Shown: positions 48,501 through 61,160 of the stretch, one piece after another
Position numbering within the stretch: position 1 is the stretch's first letter
Layout of the letters: each line of letters starts with the position of its first letter
Source of the DNA: Octopus bimaculoides
Lineage: Eukaryota
Direction: 5' to 3'
Assembly (NCBI RefSeq): GCF_001194135.2
Contig: NC_068984.1
Coordinates: forward strand, 16,785,168-16,849,167
Length of the DNA: 64,000 bases
Notes under the pieces: generated by a model
The model's input: only the letters and a program-made list of their open reading frames with translations
The model's database searches: none
Told to the model about the DNA's origin: nothing
Translations under genes and position numbers: made by a program

Positions 48501-51500
48501 GGTCTGGAAAGCCAGTGGCTGCACCAGACTCCAATCTGATCTGGCAATGTTTCTACAGCTAGATGCCCTTCCTAACACCAACCACTCCGAGAGTGCAGTG
48601 GGTGCTTTTTACGTGCCACCAGCACAGGAGCCAGTATGGACGTTAAACAATGATGATGATGATGATATATATATGTATATGTGTATATATATCAGGTCAT
48701 CCCATAAGTTCTGTCTGAATTTTGAATAAAGAAAACAAGAGATCAAATGTTAATTTCCCTGATTATCTATGACTTCCTTCCATCTATTTACAAGTTTTTT
48801 GAATCCCATCAATGTAAAACTCTTTTGGTTTCAAAGCGAAGAACTCTGAAATGTCAGTTTCGACTTCCTCCTGGCTTGCGAAAGTTATGTCCCCCAAATG
48901 ATTCTGTAAACTACGAAACAAATGGTAGTCTGAAGGAGCAAGGTCGGGAGAATAAGGTAGATGAGCAATTTTCTCCCACCCAAGCTCTTCGATCTTCTGT
49001 GATGTAAGACAGCTTCCGTTTTATTTTATTGGATTTTGTTAAGGGAGAAGGCAGGGCCCTTGACCTGTTACAAGATCTCCAAGACTAGTGGGAGGAAGAA
49101 AGGTATCCTCAAATCTACCATTTATCTTATTTTGTATTACATTCATCATCATCATCATCATTTAACGTCCGTTTTCCATGCTGGCATGGGTTGGACGGTT
49201 TGACTGAGGTCTGGAGAGCCAGCAGCTGCACCAGGCTCCAATCTGATCTGGCAATGTTTCTACAGCTGAATGCCCTTCCTAATGCCAACCACTCCGAGAG
49301 TGGAGTGGATGCTTTTTACGTGCCACCAGCATGGGAGCCAGTCAGGTGGCCCTGGCTTCAACCACATTATTTTTATTAAGAGTAGTCAGTGGTGTGATTG
49401 CACTCTGACCTACTTAAGGCTCTTTCTACTACTAAGTGTAATAAAATAATCATCATCATCATCATCATCATCGTTTAACGTCCGCTTTCCATGCTAGCAT
49501 GGGTTGGACGATTTGACTAAGGACTGGTGCAACCGGATGGCTACACCAGGCTCCAATCTAATTTGGCAGAGTTTCTACAGCTGGATGCCCTTCCTAACGC
49601 CAACCACTCAGAGAGTGTAGTGGGTGCTTTTACGTGTCACCCGCACAAAAACGGCCACGCTTGAAATGGTGTCTTTTATGTGCCACCCGTACAAGAGCCA
49701 GTCCAGGGGCACTGGCAACGATCTCGCTTGAAAACCCTACAAGGCCAGTCAGGCGGTACTGGCAACGGTCAATCTGTTCCTTTAATACGTAGGCGCAGGC
49801 ATAGCTGTATGGCAAGATCACTTTCCAACCATATGGTTCAGGGTTCAGTCCCACTGCATGATACTTTCGGCAAATGTCTTCTACTAAAGACTCGGGCCAA
49901 CCAAAGCCTTGTGAGTGGATTTGGTAGACGGAAACTGAAAGAAGCCCATCATATGTATGTGTGACTTTGTTTGTCCCACCACAACCACATGACCACCGGT
50001 GCTGGTATGTTTATGTCCTCATGAAGAGACCAATAGAATTAATACCAAACACAAAAAAAGTACTAAAAACGATTCGTTCAACTAAAACTTCTTCCAGGTG
50101 GTGCCCCAGAATAATAAAAAAAAAAAAAGAATAGCTACCTTAATCACAGCTTTCCTTTTGTAGTATTTATCCCCGAGTTTTTTGGTTATAACCTTTACAA
50201 CAATCCCCTCGTCGAGCCAGTTGTCTTTACGATTCATCTTTTCTCGTTTCATTTCTTCAAACTGAAATATACAATTGACATTTATTGTTTACTAACCATA
50301 AAGTAAGATAATCAAGAATGTTAAATAGCAATTCTTTTATTTCCACCTAAATGTATTGCTTCTGTTTACTTCATATGTAAACATCTTGAAAAATTAAATG
50401 CATTTAAAATATATTTATGAAAAATAAATACAGTAACTAACAGGTTTATAATGAGTGTAATTATTGGGAAAAAAGTAAATAACACTAATTTACTGAGCCC
50501 TACAAATCCTTTGATTAGAGGAGACAAAGGAATTATTTTTCTAATAAGAGTTGTGCAACTTCCAGGTTACAGACTAAATGGAACATAAACTCAACTCTAA
50601 GACAGGAAATTGATCCCAGGAATCAATATTGCATAAATATAGGTGGAAACACCAACCTGTAATCTACTTAACTGTATTCAATGAACCTTGGCAGGTGAAA
50701 GTGTCATGACAATAGGCAAAACCACATTCACAATGTACACATTATATTGCATCAGTAAACTTCATCCTAATTCATGTAATCATCATCATCATCATTTAAC
50801 ATCTGCTTTCCATGCTAGCATGGGTTGGACGATTTGACTGAGGACTGGCAAACCAGATGGCTACACCAGACTCCAATCTAATTTGGCAGAGTTTCTACAG
50901 ATGGATGCCCTTAATATATTTTTATGATTTTTTTATACTGAACCAACTGCTTTTTGTCAAATTCTCTAGTTTCTAAATAGATCGCGAGATTTATACAAAA
51001 AGAAAAAAAAAAAGCAATGCAAAACTTAAAGACAAAACCCATTCACATTTTTATAATTTCTATTTCACAAAAATTCCAGTTAGATCTTAAGGAGTTATTT
51101 CCTTTGCTAATTGTTTTGAGGTTTGAAACATCTCTAGGGGAGTTCTGTCTTCTAATTGCATGGATAATCTCACGTTTTCCAACTCACTATAGTATATATG
51201 TAAGACTCCACAATATGTATATTCAACATGCAGAATTCTGTCCAGAGGTGGTTCCCCTCCACCATATTTGCTTCTTACCTTCATAATGTCATCAAGAGCA
51301 GAAGACTTTCTTTTAGTGCCACTTGCAGATGCTAATTCCTTTGAAGATTTAGTATCTGGTTGAGGTAATTTTTTCAAGATATTATTCTTCAGTTCTGTTC
51401 TGGAAATTAAAAAAAAAATTGAAGAAATAAGCAGACATGGCCATGTAGTTAAGAGGTTTGCTTCCTAACCCCATGGTTACAGGGAAAAGATGGTGGGAGA

Positions 51501-54500
51501 AATATGAAGTTATAGAATAAGCAATAGATAGGGGAAGATGCTTTCACAAAGCAACAGGTAAGGGAAGGGTGAGTGCACATACATGTGTGCATGCAAGCAA
51601 GGACAGACGGACAGACAGATGGTCACACACACATACATGAATATACACACACAACAGGCTTCCATATATTTCCTGGCAACCAATTCGAATCATAAGACAA
51701 TGGTTGGCTCAAGGCTACAGTAAAAGATGCTTACCCAAAGTAACACACACACTGAGATTGAACCCAAGACCACAATGTAACAAAGTGAACCCTGTATCCA
51801 CACTGCCATGGCTGCACTTTTACATTGATCATGTTGAAAATATATTCATTTGAAATACAGTCACGAAACAGTTCAACCAAAAGCAACACGAAATAAATAA
51901 TAATAGTTTCAAATTTTGGAACAGGGCAATAGATTTTGAGGGGAGGCAGAGCAATTATATGACCCAGTATTTAACTGGTACTTATTTTATCAACCCCAAA
52001 AGGATGAAAGGCAAAGGCAACCTTGGTGGAATTCGAACTCAGAATGTAAAGACAGGCTAAATAATGCTAAGCATTTCGCTTGGTGTTCTGAGGGTTCTGT
52101 CAGCTCACCACTTTAATAACAACAAGAATAATGCACATAGCCTCATCATCATCATCATTTAACGTCCGTTTTCCATGCTGGCATGGGTTGGACGGTTTGG
52201 CTGGGGACTGGCACGCCAGGAGGCCTCACCAGGCTTCAATCTGATCTGGTAATGTTTCTACAGCCAGATGCCCTTCCTAACACCAAACACTCCAAGAGTG
52301 TAGTGGGTGCTTTTTACATGTCACCGGCACAGGAGCCAGTCAGAGGGTACTGGCATAAGCCACCTTCAGATGGTGCTTTTTACGTGCTACTGGCACAGGA
52401 GCCAGACGGGGTGGGGGCTGGCATTGACCACATTCGGATGGTACTTTTTACGTGCCACCAGTATGGAGAGCCAGTCAGGTAGCAATGGCAACGACCCACA
52501 CATGAATGGTGCTTATTGCATTCCACCAGCACAAGAGCCAGTCAGGCAGCACTGGCATCAGCCACAATTACAATTTCCACTTGATTGTGATTTGATTTTA
52601 CCTAACTCAATAGGTTTCCTCAAGCATGGCGTGTCGCCTGACAATTCAAAGGTACTTTTTAAATGAGCTGGTTATGCAACACTAGTATAGGCTACAGCTG
52701 TGATCTCATTTTACACATTTAGAAAATGGGTATAGTTAATTAGATTGACACTAGTACACAGCTGGTATTTATCATATCAATCCCAGAACAAATAAAAGGC
52801 AAAGTTGACTCACACAGTGTGTGTGTGTGTGTGCGCTCAGAATATGAAGGGATGTAACTAAATACTTCAAAGCATTTTATTCAACACTCTTCGGATTTCG
52901 TCATCCACCACTCCTAATAATAATGATGGTGGTGGTGGTGGTTGGTCTAATTAATTTCTCAGAAAGCATTAATTGAAAAATAAATCTTTAAACTTCTATA
53001 TACCTTCAGGTCATACCTTCTATATCATGATCATCAATGTTTTAACATCCACTTTTCCTTGCTGGCATGGGTTGGACATGATTTATTGAGGTAGATTTTC
53101 AATGGCCAGATGCCATTTCTATTGCCAACCCACACCTGTTTCCAAGCAAAATGATATTTCCCGATAACCAGACATATTTTCATAGGATATTGGAAATGAA
53201 TGACATTCATTTACAATAATTGCATGATGTCGAGACATAGAAACACAAACACTCACACACATACATACATATATACAATGGGCTTCTTTCAGTTTCTGTC
53301 TACCAAATCCATTCACAAGGTTTTGGTTGCCCATGGTTCTACACAGTGAGACTGAACCCAAAACCATGTGATTTGGAAGTCAGCTTCTTAACCTCACAAT
53401 CACTGTGTCATACTGTTACACAAAATAGAGAAACAAAAACTAAGATGGAAACAAAAATGAAATAAAACTGAAAAGCAAACAATAAGTTTCTTACTTTTTC
53501 AACTCTTCTTCCTTTTTCTTAACAAAGGTTCCCAGGTTGAATGTTACTTTAGAAAATAAAGAGAGAGAAAAACAGAATCAGATAAAAATGTTATACATTC
53601 GTACTTGGTAACGGCACAGCTAAAATATTATTGAGGAACACTGATTCAATTAAAATACCAGTTGTAAAGCTCCACATGAAATGGACTGAGCAGACCTATG
53701 ATCAGAGGTATTCTTGCCAGTACCATTTTTAAGGCTAGCTGGACCTACATCAGCTAATATATCATCTTTTTAAATCAGTAGGGTGTGATTTGAAGTAAAT
53801 ATGGTTGTTAGTTCTAGCAGGTTAAACTACTCTGAATATGCTCTTTTATAAATTAGCAAACTTGCTAATAAACAAACCTGTGATTGGTATTAGGAAAGGT
53901 GTCCAGCTATAGAAACCATGTCAAAGCAGACACAGAACATAGTGGGGCCCTCTGGCTCATATGTTCTTGTCAAACCATCCATCCAATGCCCAGGGCCATT
54001 GCTAAGCCCCTGCAACCCCTGTGGTCACAGGGGCCTCCACGGTTGAGGGGCCCCATGTTAAGATCAAAGTACATAGATGAGTCATCTATTTACTTTGGTT
54101 AAGATGTTGAACAAGAATTAAACTATGTTAACTGAAAATTTCAAGAAATAAAATGGTAATACATTGTACCTGCAAAATATCTTGTAAAAATATTACATTG
54201 TACCATGGACGTGTACCAGACTTTGTAGATTGTCTATGATAGCTATTGAACACAAACTTAGCACTCAGCTTGATTATTCTGAACTCATCAATGATTTCGC
54301 AAAATGAAAAGTGCACCGTGTTTGTCTTTGAAAGTTGCCTGGATTATAAAAGTGCTCTTATATTCAAATCTGGACATTTTACTTTTTGAAATTTGTAATA
54401 GACCTAAACAAATTTAAATTGTTGTACTTTTAAAGATGTTCTTTAGGATAATGTGAAATACTGAACTTCAAATAGAATAAAATAAAATATAGCTATGAAA

Positions 54501-57500
54501 TAAAAGGTGTGTAGATTATAAATTATGATTGTGAGGGATGGGGCCTTGGAACAAAAAGTTGCAGGGAGCCTCTAAAAGTCACGCAACGGAGCTGCCTATG
54601 CCAGCATGGAATAAGAGACATTAAATGATAACCATGATGATGATGACAACACCATGAATTCCTCAACTGCTGGTGGATTGATAAAGATGATGACAAGCTA
54701 GAAAATGTAAAACACACTACAGAATAAAGTTAGAAGTAGCCAAAATAAAATTTTGGTGCCTTAAAAGTTAAATCTATTCTTGGATATGATTGGGATGCTG
54801 GTTCCAAAAATATTGTTAGTTTTAGCCCCTGTCAGCACTAATGATTTAATGACAAATTATTTTGATTAAAAAATAAGAATAATATCAATGCTATCAAGGT
54901 ATTACAAAAGACATTAAGATATTACTAAGTCAGTTTATTTCAGTACAAAAACTTAAAGCGCACTGCATTGCAATCTAGTCATTGTAATTGAAAACTAAAC
55001 ATAGGTACAAGTATGGCTGGGTGGTTAGGATGTTCATTTTGGAACCGAGTAGCTTCGGGTTCAATCCCACTGTGGACATCTACTGTAGTCTCTATGCCAA
55101 CCAATGTTTTGTGAGAAAATCTGGTAGATGGAAACTGTGTGGAAGCCTGCTGTATATGTGTGTGTCATTGTGTTAATCCTCTCTCAACCACTTGTTTCTG
55201 TTTGTCAAATCCCCTTACAAGGCTTAAATCTGCCTGGGGTTATAGAAGACACTTGTCCAAGGCACCATACAATGGGACTGAATTCAAAACCATGTGGTTG
55301 AGGGACAAACTTCTTAACCACATGGCCATGCCTGTGCCTATCAAAAAATGATATTCTAGAAACAAATCTAAACATACTTCTCTACAAAAACAACCAATTC
55401 TTCATAAAGAAAACACTCTTTTAAGTAATCTATTCTAATCGAAAGGTGTTAGACATCAAAGGAAAATGAATGGTTGGTTTGCAGATCTGAATGATTAGAG
55501 AATTATTTTTGCAGACATAATCAGAGGAGAAAGGATAGCACCCATGACCATTTGACAAAGACTGGAGGGAGGAGGGAAAGAAAGCAGACTCTGCTAAAAG
55601 CACCCAAGAACCAGGTGATGATGGTGTTAAATCAAGCAACAGATTAAGTCAACACACTACATCAAATCATTACATCATCATTGTTTAACGTCCGCTTTCC
55701 ATGCTAGCATGGGTTGGACGATTTGACTGAGGAATGGTGAAACCGGATGGCAACACCAGGTTCCAATCTGATTTGGCAGAGTTTCTACAGCTGGATGCCC
55801 TTCCTAACGCCAACCACTCAGAGAGTGTAGTGGGTGCTTTTACGTGTCACCCGCACAGATGAATTGAATCAGCACTTCAGCAGTTATGAGTGTTCCACTT
55901 GATCTGATCAACAGAACAGCCTGCTTGTGAAATTAATGTGCAAGTGGCTGAGAACTTCATGGATACGCGCACCATCAATGTAGTTGCCAGGCAGATTCAG
56001 TGTAACAGAATGTGACAAGGCGGCGAGCTGGCAGAAACGGCACGCTGATTGAAATGCTTAGTGGTATTTCGTCTGCCGCTACATTCTGAGTTCAAATTCC
56101 GCCAAGGTCGACTCTGCTTTCATCCTTTCAGGGTCGATTAAATAAGTAACAGTTATGCGCTGGGGATCGATATAATCAACAATCTGTTTGTCTGTCCTTG
56201 TTTGTCCCCTCTGTGTGTAGCCCCTTGTGGGCAGTAAAGAAATAAGAAATAAGAATGTGACAAGGCTGGCCCTTTTGAATTACAGGTACAACTCATTTTT
56301 ACCAGCTGAGTGTACTGGAGCAACATGAAATAAAGCGTCTTGCTCAAGGACACAATGTGCTACTTGGAATTGAACTCATGACCTTACAATCATGAACCAA
56401 ATACCCCAACTACCAGGCCATGCACATTCACATTAAAGAGATTTCTAATAACCACATCACCGGAACAGGAGCCCAGTCAGGGAGCACTCGTAGCTATGGC
56501 CAGTGCCCCTGACTGGCTCCCATTCCAGTGGCACATAAAAAGGCACCATCCAAACATGATTAATGCCAGGGTTGCCTGACTGGCTCCCGTTCTGGTGGCA
56601 CATAAAAAGCAACATCCGAACATGGCCGATGCCAGTACCCTGACTGACTCTCGTTCCAGTGGCACGTAAATTGCACCATCCAAACATGGCCGATGCCAGT
56701 ACCCACTGAGTGGCCCCTGTGCCAGTGACACGTAAAAAGCACCCACTACACTCTCGGAGTGGTTGACATTAGGAAGAGCATCCAGCTGTAGAAACATTGC
56801 CAGATCAGATTGGAGCGTAGTGCAGCCGCTGGCTCTCCAGACCTCAGCCAAATCGTCCAACCCATGCCAGCATGGAAAACGGACGTTAAAGGATGATGAT
56901 GATGATGATGAAGCTGAGCAAAATCGCAATCGTGGCAGATACCAGTGTCATGCAAATGGCACCTTTGCCAGTAACACATAAAAGTACCCATTACACTCTC
57001 GGAATGGCTGGCATTAGAAAGGGCATTCAACCATAGAAAACCATGCCAAATCAGACTGGAGTCTGGTACAGCCTTCCAATTTACCAGCCCTGGTCAAACC
57101 ATCTACCCATGCCAGCATGGACAACAGACACTAAATGATTATGATATTTCTTACCTTTTTCTTCACATTCTCTTTTCAGTTCTGTGAATTCAGGTTCAGC
57201 TTTGACTTTCTCAGTTACAGATGCTCTTTGGATCTGTTTCTCAATGAATTTTGCATTTCTTTCTTCATCGTCCATATCCATCCTCTCTTTTGCTTTGACT
57301 GCCTCTTGTTTTCGAATAGTTTCTGGCGTTCGATCTACGTACTGACAGAACCAACCCTTTTCCGTATAATCTACCACACAATAACCTGCATGGAAAATAA
57401 AACTAATACATGAGTAAAGGAAAAAGAAAAAAATACAATGCAAATTAGGAATTAAAATCTAAAAGAATTATTTGCTAAAGGTTCTAAAGATTTAACAATT

Positions 57501-60500
57501 AAAACAGTAACTTACAAATTAAGCTGATGAAGGAACACACACCGAATGAGATTACAAATGTTTTAATTTCATGATTGATCACATAACAGGGTTTCTCACC
57601 AACTCAGTCAAGTAATTGCATAGTGGTTTGCAATTAACAGAACGAGGACAACTAGATAAAGAAGTCCATAAACTACTCAGCGACTTACTAAATGTATTTG
57701 ATAGATTCTGTTACTGAGAAACTTATACTATTTACAGTTAGATGTGGACATAGTAAAATGCCAGAGTATGGATGGAATTAAAGAAACTTTTTGTTGTCCA
57801 CAGAGATAACACTCAGGGAGGTGTTATCTCTGTGAACAACAAAGAGTTTCACACTCCATACAAAAGGCAGACTGTATAAAGCATGTGTTGGGGGTGTGAT
57901 GCTGTATAGTAAGTGAGTCATTGGAACTGAATGTGGACAATCTGTGTAGGCTGAAATGAAATGAATTGAGCACAATCTGGAGGATCTGTGATATTACATG
58001 GTAAGTAAAAGTGTGGTTGATCATTAAAAGGACCAGTCTATGTATGCTGGAAGCATAATTGTGCTGATAAGAACAATGAGGGCCGAGTGAAAAAGGAACA
58101 TGTTTTGTGTGTTAAAGCAGTGATCCTCAACTGGGGTCCATATAAGATTTTGTTGTTAATATTTATTTGCAATAAATTGGTTACACTTCTACAATACACA
58201 AAATATTTAACATTTTTTTATATACAATTCCTAATGAGTCTTAATTATAGAAACGTAATAGGTATTTTTTTTTAACACTGAATGGCTAAGGAGGTCCAGT
58301 AACATTAAATAGGAACCAAAGGAGTCCATAGGCAAAAAATGGTTGAGAACCACAGTTAAAATCAGTTCACATAATGCTGGTTCTTATACAAGATGATCAA
58401 GAATCAAGATGAAACCAATATGTTGTACAACAGACACACCTAATCAAAGCTAAAATGGAAAACAGACATAAAATGTTGTGACAATGATGTTATCTTTCAT
58501 GGCACCAGGAGATGTCAAGTTATCTCAATGTTTATTCTTGAAAACCAGTCCCCATCAAACTAAGTTATGATTGGAAAAGAATCAACTTGCCTTCCTTTCC
58601 TGTCCATTTGACAAAATCTGTCAAAGTCTCCCACTGAGTGGAGTTCATATGAATGTGATGACGATCTGTGATATATTCTTGGTATACTATGTTAGCATGA
58701 ACTCGTTTTGTTCCAAATCGTCTATGCAAAACTTCCAGAAAACCATCAAGAAAATCTCTAAAAAAGATAAAATAAAACAAAAATATACAGAACATAAGTA
58801 AATAGCACTAGATGTATTCAGTTGAGTGGGTACTGCTAAATATTTGAAGAGTTTCAAAATGATATAAAGCATTGTATACAAATAAATTTGCATTTACATT
58901 TATGGAAAAGACTGACATGGAAAAATATAAAAATACATAAGAAATTGAATATAGGGTTTGAGAGATAAAGGCTACTCCCAGAGATAAGTAGATTTAGATA
59001 ATTTTGTACACATATATCTATGTACAAAGGTGCATAATGAACCCTTATATAAATAACTATTCATGCGCATATATAAAAGATACATAGAATACATATGTTA
59101 AATACATTGTACATATGACTGACCATAAGAACCCAGACATCTGATAGTTTTTTTTTTTTTTGTAGTTTATCAATGCTAGAATTGTTATTAGTGTCAGCAC
59201 AGTCATTGGATTCACCTGAGCCACATATTTAGCAGTGGAAATATGCCAAGTCCTTCCTAAGCCATTTCTTTAACTAACCTCACAGGGTTACAAATAGTAT
59301 CGGCATTCTATTGAAACTTGCAATTAAGATGAGTCAATATCTTCAACCAACAGATGCTTAACAATTGTTGATATGATTCCTTGATGAAAGATCATGCAAA
59401 AGAAATTACAATATATAATGACTTACTTAGAAAATGTATCTATATAATCATCTGGGTTTTCAGCAAACAGCAACAGTTGCCTTTGGTGGGATTCAGACAT
59501 CATGTGACATTTAAAACCATTCTAAAATATAAAATTATACAATTATACATTCTAACATAAAATTATACAATTAGCAATTCAAGAGACTAATTAATACACT
59601 ATTCCACAACAGTATGAAGTGAGCAAAATCTTTTAACATCAGCTGCAATTTAAACCAAAATGATTCCAAATTGCAGATTTTGATTACAATCAAAGACAAC
59701 ATTCTTAGTTGAAACTAGAAATTTATTGATTTTTGATAAGACTGACATTAATTCTAATACAGATAATATTGTTATTTTTTAAAAATGTGGCATTTCTTCT
59801 ACCACTGTATGTTCTGATCTCAAATTCTGTCAAGGCCTGCTTTGACTTTCATACTTTCAGTGTCAATAAAATTAGTACTAGTTGAGCACTATGTCAGGAA
59901 GGCTTTAGCAAATTTTTATGTGTTAAACTGCATCCAAATAGCCGGACTTAAACCCTGTCACAGTGAACCAAGTAGGGCAGCTGGAGCGTGGCCGTTGCCA
60001 GAACCGCCTGACTGGCCCTCGTACCGGTGGCACGTAAAAGCACCCACTACACTCTCGGAATGGTTGGCGTTAGGAAGGGCATCCAGCTGTAGAAACTCTG
60101 CCAAATCAGATTGGAGCCTGGTGTAGCCATCTGGTTTCACCAGTCCTCAGTCAAATCGTCCAACCCATGCCAGCATGGAAAGCGGACGTTAAACGATGAT
60201 GATGATATATATATATATACATGGAAGTATGTATCACAATTTGAAATATTTATTTATCTTTTAATTGCTTTATAAATAATAATTTCTTATTTCAGCACAA
60301 AATCAGTAATTTTCTTAGGGAAGTTTATTCAATTATATCTACCCCAGTTCTAGATGGGCACTTCCATTCATCAACCCCAGAGTGATGAAAGATAAAGTTA
60401 AACCCATTAGGATTAGAAACCATGTAAAGAACTGGAACAAATACAGCAATGTATTTTTTCCATTGCTTTACAAGTTCTACCAGCTCACTGTCTTTACCTT

Positions 60501-60923
60501 AAGAATAATATAAATATGTATCTATAATAGATTATATCTTCGATTTCGTTCCATAGTCTATCAATCACCTTACAAATAGTATAAACGCTGTGGGCGATAA
60601 TAGGTTATGTATCTTTCCTATAGTTAAATTGCTACATACGTACAGTGGCAAAATAATACTATAGATAACAAACTGCTTATAATAATGTCTTAACGCAAAC
60701 CAGTGGGAGATACCGTGTTAAAATAATCCACAGAAAAGAATTAATAAAAATGACTAATTAATACAAACATACAACTGAAAAAATACAAGTAAAGGGAGTT
60801 TACCTCATCTCGACATTGTTTTTCACACATCTGACAGTACCATTTCAGTTTCTGGAGACCTTTCGCCTTAATACGATTGGCGATAGCCTTAGGTGTAAGA
60901 AAGCCGTGTTTTTCTTTCCCCAT
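45482..60923 (-). CDS. KIN: DNA/RNA-binding protein KIN17, complete, 10 exons, 393 aa
   Basis: complement join(60923-60804,59521-59427,58757-58591,57385-57155,53546-53495,51399-51279,50261-50139,48193-48094,46567-46467,45553-45482) = 1182 nt. N-terminus MGKEKHGFLTPKAIANRIKAKGLQKLKWYCQMCEKQCRDENGFKCH (C2H2 zinc finger), winged-helix region HIHMNSTQWETLTDF, C-terminal tandem KOW/SH3-like region (LDQSHLETVIP, NGAYRG, YEDISKL). Confidence 0.97.
46467..46567 (-). CDS. KIN: KIN17 exon 9
   Basis: atttcag|gt KTVKIVNGAYRGTNAVLQSINEKKFCATVAIKQ|gtgag. Confidence 0.95.
48094..48193 (-). CDS. KIN: KIN17 exon 8
   Basis: tttacag|QVENLYMAVVKLLDTGDKVRLDQSHLETVIPAL g|gtatgt. Confidence 0.95.
48692..49003 (-). 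mobile_element. Mariner transposase C-terminal remnant with one terminal repeat
   Basis: SQKIEELGWEKIAHLPYSPDLAPSDYHLFRSLQNHL...KPKEFYIDGIQK, 1-nt frameshift, then LVNRWKEVIDNQGN*; TA|TCAGGTCATCCCATAAGTTCTGTC terminus at 48692. Confidence 0.9.
50139..50261 (-). CDS. KIN: KIN17 exon 7
   Basis: atttcag|FEEMKREKMNRKDNWLDEGIVVKVITKKLGDKYYKRKAVIK|gtagct. Confidence 0.94.
51279..51399 (-). CDS. KIN: KIN17 exon 6
   Basis: tttccag|a TELKNNILKKLPQPDTKSSKELASASGTKRKSSALDDIMK|gtaag. Confidence 0.9.
52143..52680 (-). mobile_element. Family C element with multiple 5' tandem units
   Basis: (CAT)n tail, core, then 4-5 diverged GGTGCTTTTTACGTGCCAC...CAGGAGCCAGTC units. Confidence 0.8.
53495..53546 (-). 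CDS. KIN: KIN17 exon 5
   Basis: ttctaaag|ta TFNLGTFVKKKEEELK aa|gtaag. It bridges phase 1 to phase 2 and restores the conserved VTFNL. Confidence 0.88.
53991..54594. mobile_element. hAT-like non-autonomous element inserted into a family C tail
   Basis: CAGGGCCATTGC...GCAACGGAGCTG; duplication CCAATGCC/CCTATGCC; the flanks rejoin to the CCCATGCCAGCATGG tail. Confidence 0.65.
56021..56251 (+). mobile_element. SINE family B nested in a family D-like SINE
   Basis: 14-bp duplication AGAATGTGACAAGG (56007-56020 / 56252-56265). Confidence 0.85.
57155..57385 (-). CDS. KIN: KIN17 exon 4
   Basis: catgcag|gt YCVVDYTEKGWFCQYVDRTPETIRKQE...PEFTELKRECEEK g|gtaag. Confidence 0.96.
57765..58000 (+). mobile_element. 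Degenerate RTE fragment carrying an inverted duplication
   Basis: TTKSFTLHTKGRLYKACVGGVMLYS resembles ATKGLSLRVKGRLYDACVRTTMLHGS of the copy at 6189. Confidence 0.65.
58118..58355. mobile_element. hAT-type MITE
   Basis: CAGTGATCCTCAAC...GTTGAGAACCACAG. Confidence 0.55.
58591..58757 (-). CDS. KIN: KIN17 exon 3 (ends at a GC donor)
   Basis: tttttag|a DFLDGFLEVLHRRFGTKRVHANIVYQEYITDRHHIHMNSTQWETLTDFVKWTGKE g|gcaagt. Confidence 0.94.
59427..59521 (-). CDS. KIN: KIN17 exon 2
   Basis: ttttag|NGFKCHMMSESHQRQLLLFAENPDDYIDTFS aa|gtaagt. Confidence 0.96.
59975..60207 (+). mobile_element. Family C element in KIN17 intron 1
   Basis: GAGCGTGGCCGTTGCCAG unit, core and (GAT)n tail. Confidence 0.88.
60804..60923 (-). 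CDS. KIN: KIN17 exon 1
   Basis: ATG at 60923; MGKEKHGFLTPKAIANRIKAKGLQKLKWYCQMCEKQCRDE|gtaaac. Confidence 0.97.
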
Positions 60924-61090
60924 GGTGATTGTAATTCACTTGAATGGCTTTATGTAAAAGAAAATAAACAGTAAATAAATTTCCTCGGTGCTTTAACCAT
61001 TGTAATTAATACAAACGTTACACTAGTTTTCATTTTTTTTTTAAATGAAAGGAAGCGGACGACGAAAACATTCGTCTACAAAATGTCATG
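60924..61090 (-). promoter_or_regulatory. Putative KIN17 5'UTR and core promoter
   Basis: Position upstream of the ATG plus a small CpG-containing patch with an ETS-like GGAAG near 61051; positional inference only. Confidence 0.25.
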
Positions 61091-61114
61091 GCAAAACTAA
61101 AACCTCTCTCTCTC

Positions 61115-61160
<46 letters not shown>
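61085..61160. repeat. (CT)n(AT)n(GT)n microsatellite upstream of KIN17
   Basis: Read directly from the sequence. Confidence 0.95.

Noticed and set aside
51394-51399. Alternative KIN17 acceptor allowing a direct exon 4 to exon 6 join
   Set aside because: Frame-compatible, but exon 5 has good splice sites and supplies the conserved VTFNL; no evidence for skipping without RNA data
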